From IMG/VR virus record IMGVR_UViG_3300020234_000015, positions 1 to 34,202 of that record: a stretch of DNA of 34,202 nt, one strand, 5' to 3'. Of the stretch, positions 32,960-34,202 are shown one piece after another. How positions within the stretch are numbered: position 1 is the stretch's first letter; every line of letters starts with the position of its first letter. The position numbers were made by a program, and so were the translations under genes. The DNA is from a virus. Taxonomy: Duplodnaviria > Caudoviricetes. Under the pieces are notes generated by a model. That model did not search any database. It was given only the letters and a program-made list of their open reading frames with translations, and was not told the DNA's origin.

Positions 32960-33011
32960 CTATTTGACATAATATATCCTATTTGACACGGCAGCGCTAG
33001 TGTGGTAAGCT
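32960..33011 (+). promoter_or_regulatory. Early sigma70-type promoter P3 with conserved upstream 14-mer
   Basis: CTATTTGACATAAT-9 nt-TTGACA-17 nt-TAAGCT, with an extended -10 TG. Confidence 0.8.
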
Positions 33012-33052
33012 GAGTGCAAGTTGAGATTTCCTCAACGACAAGGAGCAAGCAA

Positions 33053-33802
33053 ATGTTAATGTTCAGTAAAGACGACAACACCGTCAGCCGCCAGGATCTG
33101 GTTCGGTTCGACGACGCAGCCCTCGCGCTGCACACTCGCTCGCACAAGCCCGTTCCTTTCTCTACCGGCATCGATCTCATTCAGGATGTCGCTGAGAAGC
33201 AGGGCTTCCGCTTCGGCGAAGAGCAGTACGTTCTGGCTCGCAACGACACGCAGCTGTTCGGCCTGATCGAGGTCCTCAACTTCAGCACTGACGAGAGCAA
33301 GATCTGCTTCGGCGTTCGCAGCTCAATCAACAAGTCACTCAGCTGGCAGTTGTGCGGCGGCGAGTCCCTCGCGATCTGCACCAACCTCGACCTCTTCGGT
33401 TCAGTTGTCCTGCGCCGCAAGCAGACGTCCATGGTGATGGCTGACCTGCGCACGCTGGTCGGTAACTTCATGGGACAGTTCGAGCAGTCTGTCGCAGACC
33501 GCGCTGTTCAGGTGGCACGCTACAAGCAGGCCCAGTTGAAGGATGCCACTGCGAACCATTGCATCATCCAGATGCTGCGCAAAGACATCATCGTCAGCAG
33601 CAAGGTGGCGAAGGTCGTTGACGAGTACTACGAGCCCAGCCATGTTGAGTTCCTCAACGAAGATGGCGAGCGCACAAACTGGACGCTGTTCAACGCAGCG
33701 ACCGAAGCGTTCAAGGGTTCACCGATCAGCACCTACACCGAGCGCAGCCAGAAGCTGCACGACCTGATCGGATCCGCAAGCGACTACGCACTAGCCGCGT
33801 AA
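33053..33802 (+). CDS. DUF932-family protein with ssrA-like C-terminus
   Basis: ATG 33053 has SD AAGGAG. H.PVP, G.R.S..KS, G....ICTNL and NWTLFNA.TE motifs are present. It ends SDYALAA. Confidence 0.75.
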   Translation: MLMFSKDDNTVSRQDLVRFDDAALALHTRSHKPVPFSTGIDLIQDVAEKQGFRFGEEQYVLARNDTQLFGLIEVLNFSTDESKICFGVRSSINKSLSWQLCGGESLAICTNLDLFGSVVLRRKQTSMVMADLRTLVGNFMGQFEQSVADRAVQVARYKQAQLKDATANHCIIQMLRKDIIVSSKVAKVVDEYYEPSHVEFLNEDGERTNWTLFNAATEAFKGSPISTYTERSQKLHDLIGSASDYALAA

Positions 33803-33815
33803 CCGCACGCTCCGT

Positions 33816-33853
33816 AGCCCCCTGATCCAGCGATGGTGACGGGGGCTTTTTTT
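33816..33853 (+). terminator. Rho-independent terminator
   Basis: AGCCCCC...GGGGGCT stem followed by a T run, 13 nt after the stop codon. Confidence 0.8.
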
Positions 33854-33880
33854 ATTTCACGCCCTCAGGATCGAATAAGG

Positions 33881-33932
33881 CTATTTAACATAATATACGG
33901 CATTTGACACGGGAGCGCTAGTGTGGTATGAT
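33881..33932 (+). promoter_or_regulatory. Early sigma70-type promoter P4 with conserved upstream 14-mer
   Basis: CTATTTAACATAAT-9 nt-TTGACA-17 nt-TATGAT, with an extended -10 TG. Confidence 0.85.
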
Positions 33933-33973
33933 GACTCATCTTACATAAAACGCGACACCTCCGGAGCACCAAC

Positions 33974-34202
33974 ATGATTACACTTTCCAAATACCAGCAG
34001 GCAGTCATCGACTGGGTCACCGCGCACATCGACACCGCAGGCGCGCTGATCGTTGAAGCAGTCGCAGGCAGCGGCAAGACCTTCACCATCGTCAAGGCTG
34101 CGCACCTGATCCCGAAGGCGCACAAGGCAGTCTTCCTCGCCTTCAACAAAACCATCTCGGTCGAGCTGGGCCGCAAGCTTCCCGGTCACGTCGAGTCGAA
34201 GA
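33974..34202 (+). CDS. UvrD/Rep-like superfamily 1 helicase, 3'-truncated (not in the ORF track)
   Basis: MITLSKYQQAVIDW...LIVEAVAGSGKT...VFLAFNK gives the Q motif, Walker A and motif Ia. SD GGAG. Confidence 0.85.
   Translation, partial: MITLSKYQQAVIDWVTAHIDTAGALIVEAVAGSGKTFTIVKAAHLIPKAHKAVFLAFNKTISVELGRKLPGHVESK

Noticed and set aside
33770-33810. tmRNA gene fragment or attachment site
   Set aside because: The match is limited to the encoded YALAA peptide. There are no tmRNA tRNA-like ends and no integrase in the window.

Overview
The window is a 34 kb internal segment of a tailed dsDNA phage genome with podovirus-like architecture. It has an adaptor, a nozzle and ejection proteins, and no tape measure, tube or sheath gene is visible. 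The host is probably Gram-negative, given the lipoproteins, T5-type M15 endolysin and sigma70 promoters. There are three blocks. (1) 1-18.5 kb, + strand: tail fibre, lysis cassette, adaptor, second fibre, nozzle, internal/ejection proteins, an orphan small-terminase-like gene, an HExxH protein and a Gly/Pro/Arg/Met low-complexity protein. (2) 18.4-27.8 kb, - strand: UDG-fused family A DNA polymerase, PD-(D/E)xK exonuclease, AAA_24/Sak4-like ATPase, DUF669 SSB, SNF2-like helicase, resolvase-like nuclease, MazG-like and HAD proteins. (3) 27.9 kb to the end, + strand: primase-helicase, then small early genes under repeated sigma70 promoters, ending in a truncated UvrD-like helicase. The most notable observations are: a recurring (aromatic/hydrophobic)-x-x-GG motif in five virion-region proteins, one of which carries an HExxH site; a G_GGA_AAA slippery site plus H-type pseudoknot that would extend an ejection protein by -1 frameshift; a promoter-driven ~180 nt structured RNA closed by a 23 bp stem; an ssrA-like YALAA C-terminus encoded in a phage gene; and a structured leader with an out-of-frame uORF upstream of the polymerase. 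All family calls come from motif recognition by eye; no database search was run.
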